DNA of 62,316 bases from positions 1-62,316 of the forward strand of contig JAZDGF010000005.1 of NCBI GenBank assembly GCA_043807135.1. The letters are read 5' to 3'. Below, one piece after another: positions 1 to 8,555 of the stretch. The translations under genes were made by a program, and so were the position numbers. The stretch is from Candidatus Levyibacteriota bacterium. GTDB taxonomy: Bacteria; Patescibacteriota; Microgenomatia; Levybacterales; UBA12049. The number at the start of each line of letters is the position of its first letter. Positions within the stretch are counted from its first letter, which is position 1. Under the pieces are notes generated by a model. The model was not told the DNA's origin and searched no databases. It was given only the letters and a program-made list of their open reading frames with translations.

Positions 1-1043
1 TCATAAACACTTACGAACAGTTTTCTTGTCTTATGCAGCGGATCTTGAGTAGAATCTGTTGCATCAGAATTAAGGTTATCTCCGACTGTTCCAATTCCGT
101 CAAGTCCTATATCAAGGGTAAGAATTGTGTTTCCAGCTGCAGGTGGAGCTGTGGAAGTAGTTGTTGCTATTGTAGTAGTGGTTGTTGCTCTTGTAGTGGT
201 TGTGGTTGCAGGTCTTGTGGTGGTGGTTGTAGAAGTCGTGATGGTGGTACCATCACAAGAGGGGCAATTAGCGCTTATGCACGCTGCGGCATTGCCGCTT
301 GCTTGTTCTGCAGCACAGTTAGTTGCAATACACAAAGAGCAACTCATTGGTCTTGTGGTGGTGGTTGTTGGTATACTTGCGACAAGACCACAACATACAT
401 TTCTTGATACGTTTCCGCCATCGGGTAATTCCGCATCTGGACAAGTACCTGCTATTAATTCATATATTTTATCTTTAGCAAGATTAACGCACGAAGCAGC
501 ACAAATACCATTGCAGCCAGGTGTGGTAGTGGTTGCTGCTCTTGTAGTGGTTGTTGTTACTGGTGTGCAAGGACTGCGAGAACAATCGCTTACCCCACAA
601 GAGTGAACAACATAGCATTGATTATTTGATTGGCATTCGTTATGAGGGTTTTTTGCGCTGGGATTATTTGAATCGCATCCCAAAGTCATTGTTGTAGTAG
701 TTCCTGGTTTTGTGGTTGTAGTAGTTTCACCGCAACAGTTATATAGCTTTGTTTCAACCCCAGTATTACGATTAACTGCTGTTTGAACATACACGCATGC
801 TCTATTTGCAAATTGTGCGCAAAGCGCATTACAGGTTGATAATGGAGCTCTATATTCAGCGCAAGTTGTTGCTGCCCTTTGCCTTATTTCCTGTTGTTTT
901 TGCGAAATAAAGACAGTTAGGGGGACTGCTGCAATTACTATTAAGAGGCCAATAATTCCGATAGTTCGGGAGTAAGTGGCAGAGGCAATATAGTTTCTTA
1001 ACCTTTTAAAGACGCTGGGCGTCTTAATAACAGGATTATCCAT
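1..1043 (-). CDS. Membrane-anchored Cys-rich / poly-Thr modular surface protein (N-terminal 347 codons; ORF runs off the left edge)
   Basis: Absent from the ORF track because no stop is reached. I checked every minus-frame codon from ATG (1043..1041) down to base 1 and found no stop. The product starts MDNPVIKTPSVFKRLRNY and has one hydrophobic helix (IGIIGLLIVIAAVPLTVFI). Four blocks of 6 Cys each follow, separated by Thr runs. The + ORFs 33..407 and 127..606 are its antisense shadows. Confidence 0.75.
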   Translation of the reverse strand, partial: MDNPVIKTPSVFKRLRNYIASATYSRTIGIIGLLIVIAAVPLTVFISQKQQEIRQRAATTCAEYRAPLSTCNALCAQFANRACVYVQTAVNRNTGVETKLYNCCGETTTTTKPGTTTTMTLGCDSNNPSAKNPHNECQSNNQCYVVHSCGVSDCSRSPCTPVTTTTTRAATTTTPGCNGICAASCVNLAKDKIYELIAGTCPDAELPDGGNVSRNVCCGLVASIPTTTTTRPMSCSLCIATNCAAEQASGNAAACISANCPSCDGTTITTSTTTTTRPATTTTTRATTTTTIATTTSTAPPAAGNTILTLDIGLDGIGTVGDNLNSDATDSTQDPLHKTRKLFVSVY

Positions 1044-1050
1044 TAGATTT

Positions 1051-1080
1051 AGCATAATAAAGCATAGATATCCTTGTCAA
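1051..1080 (-). promoter_or_regulatory. Sigma70-like promoter, leaderless geometry
   Basis: On the minus strand: TTGACA (1080..1075), 18 nt, TATGCT (1056..1051), 7 nt, then ATG at 1043. Confidence 0.5.
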
Positions 1081-1246
1081 GGGACAATCATGCTTACTAT
1101 TAGCTTAAATAATATTTAAAAAGGGAAAAAGAGCTTATTTCTTATTAATCTCCTTTTTGTGCAAGAATTTTACTACAAATAAACTGTAGTAGTACTGATT
1201 AACTGTTCTGTCGTCAAGATCAGAGTGAGTATTATTTGTTTGTTTT

Positions 1247-1369
1247 TTACTGTGATGCAATTATTACAATGCCTGCAGCAAGGGCAATTATAAAGACAAG
1301 AGCAATAGTAAAGTACTTAGAATGCTCAATAGAGGTTAGAAATTTTGCTTTTTGCAGAAAGCTTTTCAT
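1247..1369 (-). CDS. Possible 40-aa single-pass membrane peptide
   Basis: Minus-strand ATG..TAA gives MKSFLQKAKFLTSIEHSKYFTIALVFIIALAAGIVIIASQ. It is below the ORF-track size cutoff. It overlaps the less protein-like + ORF 1236..1442. No homology is recognised. Confidence 0.25.
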   Translation of the reverse strand: MKSFLQKAKFLTSIEHSKYFTIALVFIIALAAGIVIIASQ

Positions 1370-1488
1370 TTATATTATCGGTATTTTTAGCATATATAGT
1401 GCTATATTTAATGTCAAGTATTTCGTCTTTAAAAAATTATAACCTATAATAAACAGCAAAAAAAGCAAAAAATATAACCTATAGTGGC

Positions 1489-1517
1489 TTGATTTTCCAA
1501 TATTTTTATGCTATTCT
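1489..1517 (+). promoter_or_regulatory. Sigma70-like promoter, leaderless geometry
   Basis: TTGATT (1489..1494), 17 nt, TATTCT (1512..1517), 7 nt, then ATG at 1525. The TTG called as the ORF start at 1489 is the -35 box. Confidence 0.5.
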
Positions 1518-1524
1518 TCAAATA

Positions 1525-1953
1525 ATGAGAGAAATATATAAAAGAGGAGGAAGACTTAAAAAGTTTACACCTTATGAATTAAAAAAAAGAGAAGAAGCTT
1601 TCCAAAATAAATCTCTAAGGGAGTTAGCGGAGGCAAAAGTAGTTATTGGTGGAAGTGCTAGTCTTGGAAAAACAGTTTTGGAGTTAAATAGTGATAATGG
1701 CAAGAATTTGGAAACTTCTACTTTGACAAATGAAATCCTAGTGTATGAGAATCCTAATTCATACGGATTTAGAAAGCTAGTAACTGCTTTCCATAAAGCT
1801 CTACGAGACTGGCTATATGAGCTTAGTCCAGATTCATTTACAGCAACCGCGGAAGATACTGAGTTAAGAAAAAGAGAAGAACAGAAAAGAAAAAGAAATC
1901 CGGAAAAATATGAAACAGTTATTTTTTCTTCACCTAATCCCTCTACATCTTAG
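1525..1953 (+). CDS. Hypothetical protein (142 aa, charged, no TM)
   Basis: ORF 1489..1953 trimmed to ATG 1525 (MREIYKRGGRLKKF...) because of the promoter geometry. No family is recognised. Confidence 0.6.
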   Translation: MREIYKRGGRLKKFTPYELKKREEAFQNKSLRELAEAKVVIGGSASLGKTVLELNSDNGKNLETSTLTNEILVYENPNSYGFRKLVTAFHKALRDWLYELSPDSFTATAEDTELRKREEQKRKRNPEKYETVIFSSPNPSTS

Positions 1954-1996
1954 CACTAAACAGTATAATAAAGCCTTGTTTTTTTAAGCACGATTC

Positions 1997-2005
1997 TGGT
2001 ATAAT
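1997..2005 (+). promoter_or_regulatory. Extended -10 promoter upstream of rpsB
   Basis: TGGTATAAT at 1997..2005. It leaves a leader of about 90 nt before ATG 2103. Confidence 0.45.
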
Positions 2006-2102
2006 TACTAAATCACACACATCCAGAAGATGTTCTTGAGTATTCCTCAAATAAATTTTGGATGGAGGGTTTTTCTAAATACTAGAAAGACAAAAGAACA
2101 AT

Positions 2103-2936
2103 ATGAAAGAAATTACACTAGAAGAACTTCTTGAGGCCGGTTGTCATTTTGGACACCAGGTAATAAGATCTAATCCAAAAGCTCGTGATTTTGTTTTTGA
2201 GGCAAGGGATAATATTCAAATTATTGATCTTGCAAAAACAAAGGAAGGCTTAGAAGAAGCAGCAGAATACATAAAAGAGCTTGCTGAGAAAGGCTCAACG
2301 CTTCTTGTTGTCGGAACAAAAAGACAAGCACAACAAATTGTTGAAGAAGAAGTTAAAAAAATAGGGCACTCTGAGAATAATATTTTTTATGTTACCACAA
2401 GATGGGTTGGTGGAACCTTAACCAATATAGCTGAAATCTCAAAGAATATTAAAAAGCTTAATGACATTGAGAAACTTCTTCAAGATCCCAATGAAAAAGC
2501 AAGATATACAAAAAAAGAGTTAGGTCTTTTTGAAAAAGAAAAACAAAGACTTAACAATTTATATAGTGGGATTTCAGAAATGAAAGAAAAACCAAGTGCT
2601 CTTTTTATAATTGATTCTCATATGGAACATTTGGCAGTAAAAGAAGCAAAAAGAATGAACATTCCAGTAGTTGCAATTGTTGATACAAATGCAGACCCAC
2701 ATGTTATTGACTATCCAATTCCTGCAAACGATGATGCAACAGGATCAGTGCAATTAATAACTTCATATGTTCTTTCTGCTTGGGAAGAAGGAAGAAAAAG
2801 TTATAAAGCCAAACTTTCTGAGAAAGCAAAGACTGAAGCAAAAAAAGAAGAGAAGAAATCTGAAGTAAAAGAAAAACCAAAAGCAAAAGAAAACGTGGCA
2901 AAGCCTAGCAAAAAAGAAGAGAAAAAGAAAAAATAA
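2103..2936 (+). CDS. rpsB: 30S ribosomal protein S2 with Lys/Glu-rich C-terminal tail
   Basis: The N-terminus LLEAGCHFGHQ...RWVGGTLTN is typical of S2. It sits in the conserved rpsB-tsf order. About 45 aa of K/E-rich tail follows. Confidence 0.95.
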   Translation: MKEITLEELLEAGCHFGHQVIRSNPKARDFVFEARDNIQIIDLAKTKEGLEEAAEYIKELAEKGSTLLVVGTKRQAQQIVEEEVKKIGHSENNIFYVTTRWVGGTLTNIAEISKNIKKLNDIEKLLQDPNEKARYTKKELGLFEKEKQRLNNLYSGISEMKEKPSALFIIDSHMEHLAVKEAKRMNIPVVAIVDTNADPHVIDYPIPANDDATGSVQLITSYVLSAWEEGRKSYKAKLSEKAKTEAKKEEKKSEVKEKPKAKENVAKPSKKEEKKKK

Positions 2937-2938
2937 TT

Positions 2939-3388
2939 ATGACTTACATAAAACTACTTAAAAAATTAAGAGAAGAAACAAAAGCTGGAATTTCAGATTG
3001 CAAAAAAGCCCTAGAGGAATCAAAAGGAGATTACAAAAAATCTTTGGAATTTCTTAAAAAGCACGGGTTGGAAAAAGCAGATAAGAAAAAAGACAGGGAA
3101 ACCTCGCAGGGTTTAGTTGAGGCATATATTCATCAAAATGGAAAAGTCGGAGCAATAGTTGAGATACTTTGTGAGACAGATTTTGTGGCAAAAACAGATG
3201 AATTCAAGAGTCTTGCTCATGAAGTTGCTATGCAGGTTTGCGCCATGAATCCAAAAGATGTTGAAACTCTTTTAAAACAGGAGTATATTAGAGATAGTTC
3301 TCTAACAATTGAAAAGTTGGTAAAAAGTACAATTGGAAAATTAGGAGAGAATATTACTGTTAAGAATATTACTCGTTTTGAAATATAA
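2939..3388 (+). CDS. tsf: Elongation factor Ts, minimal 149-aa form
   Basis: It has a UBA-like N-terminus (LREETKAGISDCKKALEES) and the core motif VEILCETDFVAKTDEF. It lies directly after rpsB. Confidence 0.9.
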   Translation: MTYIKLLKKLREETKAGISDCKKALEESKGDYKKSLEFLKKHGLEKADKKKDRETSQGLVEAYIHQNGKVGAIVEILCETDFVAKTDEFKSLAHEVAMQVCAMNPKDVETLLKQEYIRDSSLTIEKLVKSTIGKLGENITVKNITRFEI

Positions 3389-3948
3389 TGGAAGAATTAG
3401 TTTCGTCTGCAAAGGTTAGAATGCAAAAAGTTCTTGAGGTTTTGAAAACTGATCTCTCAACTGTTAGAACAGGACGAGCAGCCCCCTCACTTGTAGAAAA
3501 CATTATAGTTAGTGTTTACGGAGGAACCCAAAAACTAAAAGTAGTTGAACTTGCTCATGTCAGCTCTTCTGACTTGCAAACTCTTCAGATTGCGCCATAT
3601 GACGCATCAATTATAGGTGAGCTAAATAAAGGGATAATGGAAGCAAATGTTGGCCTTACGCCAAATATAGACGGCCAAATGATTAGGATTTCAATTCCCT
3701 CTTTATCAGAAGAGAGAAGAGAAGAATTGGTTCATCTTGTTGGACAAAAACTGGAAGGTGCAAAAATTCAGATAAGACAAATTAGGCATGAAGCAATGAA
3801 TGATATTAAAAAACAAGAAACAAAAAAGTTAATTAACGAAGACGAGAAAGAAAGATTAGAGAAAGAAGTTCAAAAAGAAACAGATAAAGCAATAGATCAA
3901 GTAGAAGAGTTAGGGACAAAGAAAAAAGAAGAGCTTCTTCAAGTTTAA
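3388..3948 (+). CDS. frr: Ribosome recycling factor
   Basis: 186 aa. The motifs DLSTVRTGRAAPSLVENI and IRISIPSLSEERREEL are typical of RRF. A TAATG overlap couples it to tsf. Confidence 0.93.
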   Translation: MEELVSSAKVRMQKVLEVLKTDLSTVRTGRAAPSLVENIIVSVYGGTQKLKVVELAHVSSSDLQTLQIAPYDASIIGELNKGIMEANVGLTPNIDGQMIRISIPSLSEERREELVHLVGQKLEGAKIQIRQIRHEAMNDIKKQETKKLINEDEKERLEKEVQKETDKAIDQVEELGTKKKEELLQV

Positions 3949-4035
3949 TTAATTAATACTGCTTTTAAATATTCAACACGTAAATCTTTTGCATTATTTA
4001 ACTTAATATTATAGTATTGATTGGTTATCTAAATT

Positions 4036-5154
4036 ATGCTAGTAACAATTGTTGCCATAGTAGCCGTATTAAGTATTCTAGTCCTCGTTCACGAGCTCGG
4101 ACACTTCATAGTTGCAAAAATTTTAAAAATTAAGGTAGAGGAATTTGGCTTTGGGCTTCCTCCTAGGGCATTTGGAATTAAAAAAGGAGAAACAGTTTAT
4201 TCTGTAAACTATCTCCCTATTGGCGGATTTGTAAAACTTTACGGAGAAGATGAAGCAGGAAGTGGCCAGTTAAAAGTTAAAGGACAAAAGGAGAAAATAA
4301 AAGATGAGAATCGTGCTTTTTTTGCAAGACCTGCCTGGCAGAGATTATTAGTTGTTATTGCAGGTGTTGTAATGAATTTCTTACTAGCCGTTTTAATAAT
4401 TTCTTATCTTTTTTCAGTTGTTGGAGTTTCAATTCCGGGAGAAAAAGTTATTATAACAAGCCTTGTAGAAAATGCACCGGCTGTTAAAGCAGGACTTAAG
4501 ATTGGAGACATAATTGAAGAGGTAAACGGCGTAAAAATAACCAGCGCAAAACAAATACTTGATGTCACAAAAAAACATTTAGGTGAGGAAATTAAAATAA
4601 AAGCAAAAGGAGAAGATGCAAAAGTTAAAAACATTGAAATTACCCCTAGAAAAGACTATCCGAATGACGAAGGACCAATGGGTATTGCCATTTCTCAAAA
4701 TGCAGAAATTAAAAGATATCCCTGGTATGAAGCACCTTTTGTTGGAACGATGGAGGCATTAAAAATATCCTGGCTTATATTTTCAGGAATAGGCATGCTT
4801 TTGTATCAATTAGTTGTTTCTGGAAATGTTCCTAAAGACGTAGCAGGGCCAGTTGGAATTGCTCAGCTTACCGGAAGATTTGCTCAGTTGGGAATTTATC
4901 CTCTGATGTCTTTTATTTCTTTTTTCTCACTTAATCTTGCAATTTTAAATATCCTGCCAATTCCTGCTCTTGATGGAGGAAGACTTCTTTTCATATTAAT
5001 AGAAGTATCAACCGGTAAAAAAGTTAATAGAAAATTTGAAGGATATGCACATGCAGCAGGTATGGCACTTTTACTTGGTCTTATTTTACTTATAACAATC
5101 CATGATTTAGTACGTCTTTTTACAGGTCAACCTATTTTGCCAAAAATTCAGTAA
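4036..5154 (+). CDS. rseP: RseP-type site-2 zinc metalloprotease (M50) with PDZ domain
   Basis: It has a HELGH zinc motif in the first TM helix and a central PDZ-like segment (AGLKIGDIIEEVNG). The C-terminal LNILPIPALDGG motif is also present. Confidence 0.9.
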   Translation: MLVTIVAIVAVLSILVLVHELGHFIVAKILKIKVEEFGFGLPPRAFGIKKGETVYSVNYLPIGGFVKLYGEDEAGSGQLKVKGQKEKIKDENRAFFARPAWQRLLVVIAGVVMNFLLAVLIISYLFSVVGVSIPGEKVIITSLVENAPAVKAGLKIGDIIEEVNGVKITSAKQILDVTKKHLGEEIKIKAKGEDAKVKNIEITPRKDYPNDEGPMGIAISQNAEIKRYPWYEAPFVGTMEALKISWLIFSGIGMLLYQLVVSGNVPKDVAGPVGIAQLTGRFAQLGIYPLMSFISFFSLNLAILNILPIPALDGGRLLFILIEVSTGKKVNRKFEGYAHAAGMALLLGLILLITIHDLVRLFTGQPILPKIQ

Positions 5155-6093
5155 ATGAAAAAAAATGTAAAAATTTCTTTATTTGGAATTCCTCTTGATC
5201 TAGGAGCAGAAAATTTAGGAGTGGATACCGCCCCAAAAGCCTTAAGAGAAATAGGAATTATTAAAAAACTAGAAAAATCCGGTTTAGAAATTATTGATAA
5301 AGGTGATATTAAGGTTTTAGCAAGAAAAGGATTAAAGATAGGAAGCAGGAACTTAAAATATCTTGATGAGATAATCAGAGTTTCTGAAAAAACTGCAGAA
5401 AAAGTTGACAGTGCTATTTCTTTAGGAAATAAAGTTTTGGCAATTGGAGGAGATCATGTAATTTCTTTAGGAACAATTTCTGGAGCAGCAAACGTTCTAA
5501 AAGGAGATTTAGGAATTATATACATAGATACTCACGGAGATATTAATACTGACAAAACAACTCTTTCGGGAAACATTCATGGCATGCATATTGCGTCAGT
5601 TTTAGGTTTTGGAGAAAAAAGACTTGTTGATTTGTATAAAAAAGGAAGAAAGATAAAAAAAGAAAATATTATTCTTGTTGGCGGAAATGATCTTGATAAA
5701 GAAGAAATAAATTTAATTGAAAAAGAAAATATTAAGGCTTTTACAATTACAAATCTTCTTGCAAATGGTTTAAATCCTTTATTTGAAATGATTAATAACT
5801 TAAACAAAAAAGTTAAAAATGTTTGGGTAAGCTTAGATCTAGATGTAATTGATTATATTTATGCACCTGGTGTTGGGATTCAGAATACGGGAGGGTTAAC
5901 ATATAGAGAGATTTCAACTATTGCAAAATATATAGGTGAAAAATGTAATGTAGTAGGAATGGATTTGGCAGAGTATAATCCGTTAAAAGATATTGATAAT
6001 AAAACTGCAGAGCTTTCAATTGAGCTTTGTGCAAAAATATTTGGTTTTGATTATAGTCCATATACAAAATATATGGAGAAAAATAAATTATAA
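5155..6093 (+). CDS. Arginase/ureohydrolase family enzyme (arginase-like)
   Basis: The Mn-site motifs GGDH, DTHGDINT, SGNIHGM and SLDLDVID match the arginase/agmatinase fold. The SGNxHGM loop favours arginase. Confidence 0.8.
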   Translation: MKKNVKISLFGIPLDLGAENLGVDTAPKALREIGIIKKLEKSGLEIIDKGDIKVLARKGLKIGSRNLKYLDEIIRVSEKTAEKVDSAISLGNKVLAIGGDHVISLGTISGAANVLKGDLGIIYIDTHGDINTDKTTLSGNIHGMHIASVLGFGEKRLVDLYKKGRKIKKENIILVGGNDLDKEEINLIEKENIKAFTITNLLANGLNPLFEMINNLNKKVKNVWVSLDLDVIDYIYAPGVGIQNTGGLTYREISTIAKYIGEKCNVVGMDLAEYNPLKDIDNKTAELSIELCAKIFGFDYSPYTKYMEKNKL

Positions 6094-6156
6094 AACTTAA
6101 GATAAGCCGGTTTTGTTAGAACCGCCTGTAAATGTTCAAGAGAGGAGCTTAGCAGC

Positions 6157-6873
6157 TTAGCTAAGGTTAAAAAAAGGAGCTATATTTTCTAATTCTTCTA
6201 AAGATTTGACTAAGATATCCGGTTTTTCTAGCGCAAGTTGCTCATAACTAAATCTTCCTGTAGAAACAGCCAGCACTGGTATTTCGGCATCCCGCGCACA
6301 TTGAATATCCTTCGGTGTATCGCCAATGATGACAAAATTTCCTACAGGAAAATCTATTCCATACTTTGCATCAATTTTTTCTTTTGCTTCGTCAACTAGT
6401 TCTACTCTTTTGTCTGTTTTATCTCCAAAAGCCCCAAAATCAAATAAGTGTTTAACTCCTGCTATTTCCAGTTTTTTCCAGGCAATTTTTTCCGGATTTC
6501 CAGTTAAAATTCCATTTGGAACACCGTTTGCTCTAAAGTGCTCAGCTAACTTTCTTACACCAGGAAGGGCAGAATAATCTTTGGATTTTACTCTTTGCAT
6601 AAAATAATCATTCATTACTTTTAACATCTGGGGAAATTTTTCCATGACTTGAGGTTTTGTTAATCCATGCAGCTTTAATACTTCAATTATTAGTTGCATA
6701 TCTGTCATACCGTCGTTTACTATTTGGCTTTTTAGGGTCCCTACTTCGTAAACTTGTTTCAACGCTACATTGGTTGCTTCATCATGTAGTTTGTTTGCTG
6801 CAGAAAAAACTGTACCGTCTAAATCAAAAAGTGCAACTTTTGATTTAACGATTTTTTTAGGATTAAATTTCAT
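6157..6873 (-). CDS. HAD-superfamily hydrolase (phosphatase / beta-phosphoglucomutase-like)
   Basis: It carries FDLDGTV motif I and the later GD..D motif. The start is trimmed to ATG 6873 because a minus-strand TATAAT (6894..6889) lies inside the longer ORF. Confidence 0.8.
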   Translation of the reverse strand: MKFNPKKIVKSKVALFDLDGTVFSAANKLHDEATNVALKQVYEVGTLKSQIVNDGMTDMQLIIEVLKLHGLTKPQVMEKFPQMLKVMNDYFMQRVKSKDYSALPGVRKLAEHFRANGVPNGILTGNPEKIAWKKLEIAGVKHLFDFGAFGDKTDKRVELVDEAKEKIDAKYGIDFPVGNFVIIGDTPKDIQCARDAEIPVLAVSTGRFSYEQLALEKPDILVKSLEELENIAPFFNLS

Positions 6874-6926
6874 TCTTTTTGTCAATTTGATTATACAACA
6901 CACCTACTTTAAATACATTTCAAAAA

Positions 6927-6935
6927 TGATATACT
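6927..6935 (+). promoter_or_regulatory. Extended -10 promoter of proS, leaderless geometry
   Basis: TGATATACT at 6927..6935, then 6 nt, then GTG at 6942. Confidence 0.45.
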
Positions 6936-6941
6936 AATATT

Positions 6942-8162
6942 GTGAAATATTCACAACTTTTTGGAAAAACAATTAAAGCGTCACCAAAAGATGAGGTTTC
7001 TGTTAATGCAAAGCTTTTGTTAAAAGCAGGCTTTATCGATAAGCTTATGGCAGGATCTTATTCTCTTTTGCCATTAGGTTTTAGGGTTAAGGAAAAGATA
7101 GAACAAATAGTAAGAGAAGAAATGAATGCAACCGGAGCTTTAGAAATGCTGATGCCTCTTTTGCACCCTAAGAATATTTGGAATGAAACAGGGCGCTGGG
7201 ACAGCGCAAAAGAAGTAATGTATCAGTTTGGAAAAGATGATAAAGAATATGCCCTGTCTTTTACTCACGAAGAGATAGTTGTTGATTTAATAAGAAAGCA
7301 TATTTCAAGTTATAAAGATTTTCCTGTAAAAATTTACCATTTTTCAACCAAATTTAGAAGTGAGCTTAGGGCAAAATCAGGAATTTTAAGAGGAAAAGAA
7401 TTTCTTATGAAAGATCTTTACAGCCTGCATTCATCAGAAAAAGATTTGGATGATTATTATTGGAAAATATCCGATGCATATATAAAAGTATTTAGAAGAA
7501 TAGGTTTTGAGGTAAAAATTGCAGAAGCATCTGGCGGAGTTTTTACAGACAATAAAACACATGAATACCAAGTTTTATGCAAAACAGGTGAAGATGTAAT
7601 TCTTTACTGCAAAGACTGTGAGTTTGCACAGAATAAAGAAATTGCAGAGGTTAAGGAAAAAGACAAGTGCCCAAAATGTAAAGGAGAAATTAAGTTGGGA
7701 AAGGCAATTGAAGCAGGTAATATTTTCCGTTTCGGAACCTATTACAGTGAAAAAATGGGTGCTTCATATACGGACAAGGACGGAAAAAGAAAATATCCGT
7801 ATTTCGGCAGCTATGGCATTGGAATTACCAGACTTATTGGAATTGCAGTTGAATTATTTCATGATGAAAAGGGAATTATTTGGCCAAAAACAATTGCACC
7901 ATATCAAGTTCATTTAATAGGACTTAATAAGGAAGCGGAGGAGGTTTATAAAAAACTTGTAAAACATGGAATTGAGGTTCTTTTTGATGATAGGGAAAAT
8001 GTTTCTCCCGGTCAGAAATTTGCGGACTGTGATTTAATTGGTATTCCAATTCGTTTAGTTGTAAGTGATAAAACTAAAGATAGAATTGAAGTAAAAGAAA
8101 GAACATCAAAAGAAACAGAGATAATTAACCTTGAGGATGTTTATAAAAGACTAGGGGTTTAA
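6942..8162 (+). CDS. proS: Prolyl-tRNA synthetase, bacterial-type but lacking the INS editing domain
   Basis: It is collinear with bacterial ProRS through SQLFGKT..., FRSELRAKSGILRGKEFLMKD and GSYGIGITR. A roughly 35-aa CxxC...CxxC segment (CKDCEF...CPKCKGE) sits where the editing insertion normally is. The start is GTG. Confidence 0.9.
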   Translation: MKYSQLFGKTIKASPKDEVSVNAKLLLKAGFIDKLMAGSYSLLPLGFRVKEKIEQIVREEMNATGALEMLMPLLHPKNIWNETGRWDSAKEVMYQFGKDDKEYALSFTHEEIVVDLIRKHISSYKDFPVKIYHFSTKFRSELRAKSGILRGKEFLMKDLYSLHSSEKDLDDYYWKISDAYIKVFRRIGFEVKIAEASGGVFTDNKTHEYQVLCKTGEDVILYCKDCEFAQNKEIAEVKEKDKCPKCKGEIKLGKAIEAGNIFRFGTYYSEKMGASYTDKDGKRKYPYFGSYGIGITRLIGIAVELFHDEKGIIWPKTIAPYQVHLIGLNKEAEEVYKKLVKHGIEVLFDDRENVSPGQKFADCDLIGIPIRLVVSDKTKDRIEVKERTSKETEIINLEDVYKRLGV

Positions 8163-8441
8163 AAGCGGAACTTTTAAGTCAAACATTATTACCCACACTA
8201 TTCCATAGATTGCAAAAAATACAATTATAGCTAGAAAAATAAGCAAGGCCTTAGGCCTTGATTTTTTTGGAGCAATTGATTTTTGTAAAGAACTGGTAGG
8301 AGCAGATGCTTGAGGAGTAGGATTTGAAGGCTGTTGGGGTGCAGCCGCTTGATGCTGTTGAGCAGGATTTACAGTTGTTCCCATAACTCTGTCATATGCT
8401 GCTTTTAGCTTGGGATCAAGTTGTGGATTGTTTTTATCCAT
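8151..8441 (-). CDS. Small Pro/Gln-rich protein with C-terminal TM helix
   Basis: 96-aa ORF. Its low-complexity PQ-rich centre is followed by LLIFLAIIVFFAIYGIVWVIMF. It converges on proS with a 12-nt overlap. Confidence 0.5.
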   Translation of the reverse strand: MDKNNPQLDPKLKAAYDRVMGTTVNPAQQHQAAAPQQPSNPTPQASAPTSSLQKSIAPKKSRPKALLIFLAIIVFFAIYGIVWVIMFDLKVPLLNP

Positions 8442-8555
8442 AAGGCAGAATACAGTATATTTATATAGTTAACTATTCTTCAATATTTGTCAAGAGTACT
8501 TCCTTTTAGATATTAAAAATTGTATACTTAAAAAAATCTTAAAAATAAAAAGTTT

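Noticed and set aside
33-606. The + strand ORFs 33..407 and 127..606, with poly-Val/Cys/Gly-rich translations.
   Set aside because: They are antisense shadows of the verified 1043-nt minus-strand Cys/Thr-rich gene, where ACC/ACA Thr repeats read as GGT/TGT on the other strand.
1236-1442. The listed 68-aa + ORF in the 1044-1488 spacer.
   Set aside because: Its composition is irregular (Cys/Phe/Ile-rich), and no promoter or SD precedes it. It overlaps a more protein-like 40-aa minus-strand membrane peptide. Neither is certain.
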